NCBI GenBank assembly: GCA_022711115.1
Contig: JAKLFP010000006.1
Coordinates: 86,214-150,213 of the forward strand
DNA: 64,000 bases
Source of the DNA: Candidatus Omnitrophota bacterium
GTDB taxonomy: Bacteria > Omnitrophota > Omnitrophia > Omnitrophales > Aquincolibacteriaceae
Direction: 5' to 3'
This document shows, one piece after another, positions 55,901 through 58,900 of this stretch (position 1 is its first letter; the number at the start of each line of letters is the position of its first letter). The notes beneath the pieces were generated by a model. That model had not been told where the DNA came from, did no database searches, and saw only the letters and a list, made by a program, of their open reading frames with translations. The position numbers were made by a program, and so were the translations under genes.

Positions 55901-58900
55901 GAACGAACTGTGGCAGAAACCGTCATCTTTTCAAGAAGCTTTTGAGGTACAGGACGGCCCTCCTCAAAAAAATTGGCTGTCGCCCAATCATAAATGGCAC
56001 CCCCTACGGATTTTTGGGCTTGGAAAAAGTTTTCTTCTTTATTGCCGGGAAATTTTGATAACGTTTCGCCGGCTACCTTTAAAAACTCACTTTCAAGAAA
56101 TGTTTGCATCTCCTTTTTTCGCTTGGATAAATCCTGAAAAAATTTTCTTTCTTCTGCACTTGCGGTTTCTTCTATGTTTTTGGGGCGTTCAAGGAGTCTT
56201 TCGATAAAAAGCTTGGCGTAGAATTGCGCCATTTCGAGGTTAATCTTGTCCCATTTTAAATTTTTAAGCTCTTCGAGGGCTTTCTGCGCTTGCTGCCCCG
56301 CCGTCGTCAAAGCATCTTTTTTGGATAGGGCCAATTTTTGCCAATATTCGGAAGGCATACTCGCGATCATTTCGGGCGTTAGGTCATCCGCGCGAGTTGC
56401 GTTTTTGATTTTTTCCCAAGCAGCTTCGTTTTGTGCTAGGAATGCAGCTTCAGCTTCTCTTTTTTCAGCTTCAACGGCTTCCAGCTCTTCGATCTCCTTG
56501 TTTGTCACATCGAGTAAGAGGCGGCTCTTTTTCTCTAGAGCTTTTTGTTTTAACTCAGGAGTCGGCAACGCTTCGATGATTTCTTTTGTGATTTCTCCTG
56601 GCTCTGTTGCGTTCTGAACTACGGTGAGAGCATTCTTTACAGCCTGTCGCTTATTTTGCTCAACAACGCGCATGTAGTCTGTTTGAACCTGACCCATTTG
56701 CTTTGCTGTCCTGGTTTCTCCTTCTTGCATCAGTTTGGCTGTCGCTAATGCCTTTTTTTTAGCCCTTGCTAATTCCTGCCAATATCCGGATGGCATCCTT
56801 GCGATCATGGCTGGGGTGATGCTTTTGCTGCTTGTGGCTGTCCGGATGGTTTCCCAAACTTTTTTATTTTTTTCTGCTTGGACATCACCGGATCTCCGGA
56901 CTTCAGCTTCTTCAGATTCCATCTTCGAAATTTCCGCAGCTGTTATCTCCGAGAAAAGACGGCTTTTTGTCGCGATGGCTTCCTGTTTCAACGCCTGCGT
57001 CGGCAGTGCGTCGATAATTTCTTGCGTGATTTCTCCGGGCTCCATGGCACGCCGCACTACTTCTAAGGCATTTTGGATGATTTGCCGATCGTGCGCCTGA
57101 AGTTCGCGAGTCTGTTGCTCAAGCAAGGCTGTCTGACGAGCTTCACCGGCCGCTATGACTTTCCCCCATGACAATTGAGAAGCTTTTATTGCCGCTTTTT
57201 GGGCCTTTTGAACAGCAGCTTCTTTTGCAGCTTTTTCATCGGCCTTTTTCTTCGGTAAGGCAGCTCCCTGGGCAAGTTTCGACTTTTGAGCTGCTTCTTT
57301 GGATTTCTGAGTTTCTTGTTTCTCCCTTTCTTTTTGTTCCTTGGCCAACAAAGTAGCTATCTTCAAGGCTTCTGCCTTTTGAGCCGCCTCCTTGGCTTTT
57401 TGAGCCGCTTTTTCTTCCTCTTCTCTTTGTTTTTTTTCTAAAGCAGCTATTTTCGCAGCTTCTGATTTTTGAGCTGCTCTTTCTTCTTTTTCTTTTTCCT
57501 TTTTTTCAAGAGCGGCTAATTGGGCTTCGGACAAGCTTGGCTTTGCCGGTCGCGAAGTAATAATCTTTGGCTCTCTCCTTTGAGCCCGTTCAACCAAATA
57601 AGTTTTAAGAACCTCGCTTTCGGGATACATCTGCTGCAACTGGGTCATGGCACCATGGATCTGCTCCATGGTTCCCGTTTTTTGGATCTGGCGCACGCGG
57701 GCTTCTACTGCATTCCGAACGGTTTGAATATACATGTCCCTGTCACGCCGCTGCCTTTGTTTGATCTGTTGCAGATCCAAAAGTTTTTCGGCTGTCTTTT
57801 TTAAATCAGGATGTTTCGCGACCCACTGAGCCAATGCTTCTTGGAAGCGCCGGCCAATAAACACATTTCTTTTGCCAAAAAAAACATCCGCATTCCCTTT
57901 CCCATAGATTTGATTGATCTTCCGTCCGATACTTGTTGTTTCGATGACGCGCAGTTCGTTGGCGAGTATTTCAAGAGGAACGGGCATATTTTTGAATTGC
58001 GGGTTTCCATAATCGCGGATTCTTTTCAAAGCGCTATCCACTAATTCTGTGAAATCTTTATTTTCACTCGGAAGATGCAGTCCCCAAACTCCCATCTCCC
58101 TGAAATCCACTTCAAAACGGTGGATCGTGGAAGCTACAATCCCCGTTGTTTTTTCAAGGGCTTCCTTCAAACGAAGAAGCGTCAGCTTTTGATCTTTCGC
58201 GAGTTCTTTTTCGAGGTCTTCGACAGTCTTTATCACGGTATCGAACGTCAGCGTGACATGGCCGAGATTGACCTTTGTTTCCTTTGCTTTCTTTGCTCTT
58301 ACCTCGGAGCGAGAATGCGAAAGAAAAAGTTCCTGGATAGCCGACTTCTGATAATTCATGTCGGCGGGCCAGTCCTTTCCAAGAACGCCGTGGGCCCATT
58401 CGTGAAGATCCGCAAGAATATCCAAGAAAAATGCTTCTTTGGGATGGAGATCCGCAAGCTCGTGCGCGTAACCGATAATAGAAAACCGTTTGAGTGAATC
58501 AAGAAAAGTCAGTGCGCCATGAAAATTTGTATCCGCCGTACCGGCCTCAAGCGCCAAAAAAAGATCTTCCGATTCCTGGATCAATCGCTCAAGAAGTGGC
58601 CGCCAAATTTGATGCGCGGGAGTAGAGCTCGAGAGATTCCATTGTTGCAGGACCTTTACAAGTCGATTGTTGGTCCGGTCTAAAAGGCTCTTCAGCTCCT
58701 TGATGGATTTTTCATCCGCAGGCGAAAAAGAAATATTCCTGGAAAAAACAACCCCATAGAAATTTTTATCCGGTATCGGAGAAATCCCAGGGACATGCTG
58801 CCTGGTGAACATATCCAATGCCTCAAGCCATAAACCTGAAAGCTGATAATAAACTGCTCCAAAATGCGCCAAAAGCACGTCACCCTCTTTGGCATTCCCT

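Noticed and set aside
57150-57520. Poly-purine/pyrimidine low-complexity DNA as a possible simple-sequence repeat or phase-variation tract.
   Set aside because: It is the coding sequence for the K/E/A-rich coiled-coil segment of module 3. The repeats are imperfect and in frame, and it is not a homopolymer or short tandem repeat of the kind that mediates slipped-strand switching.
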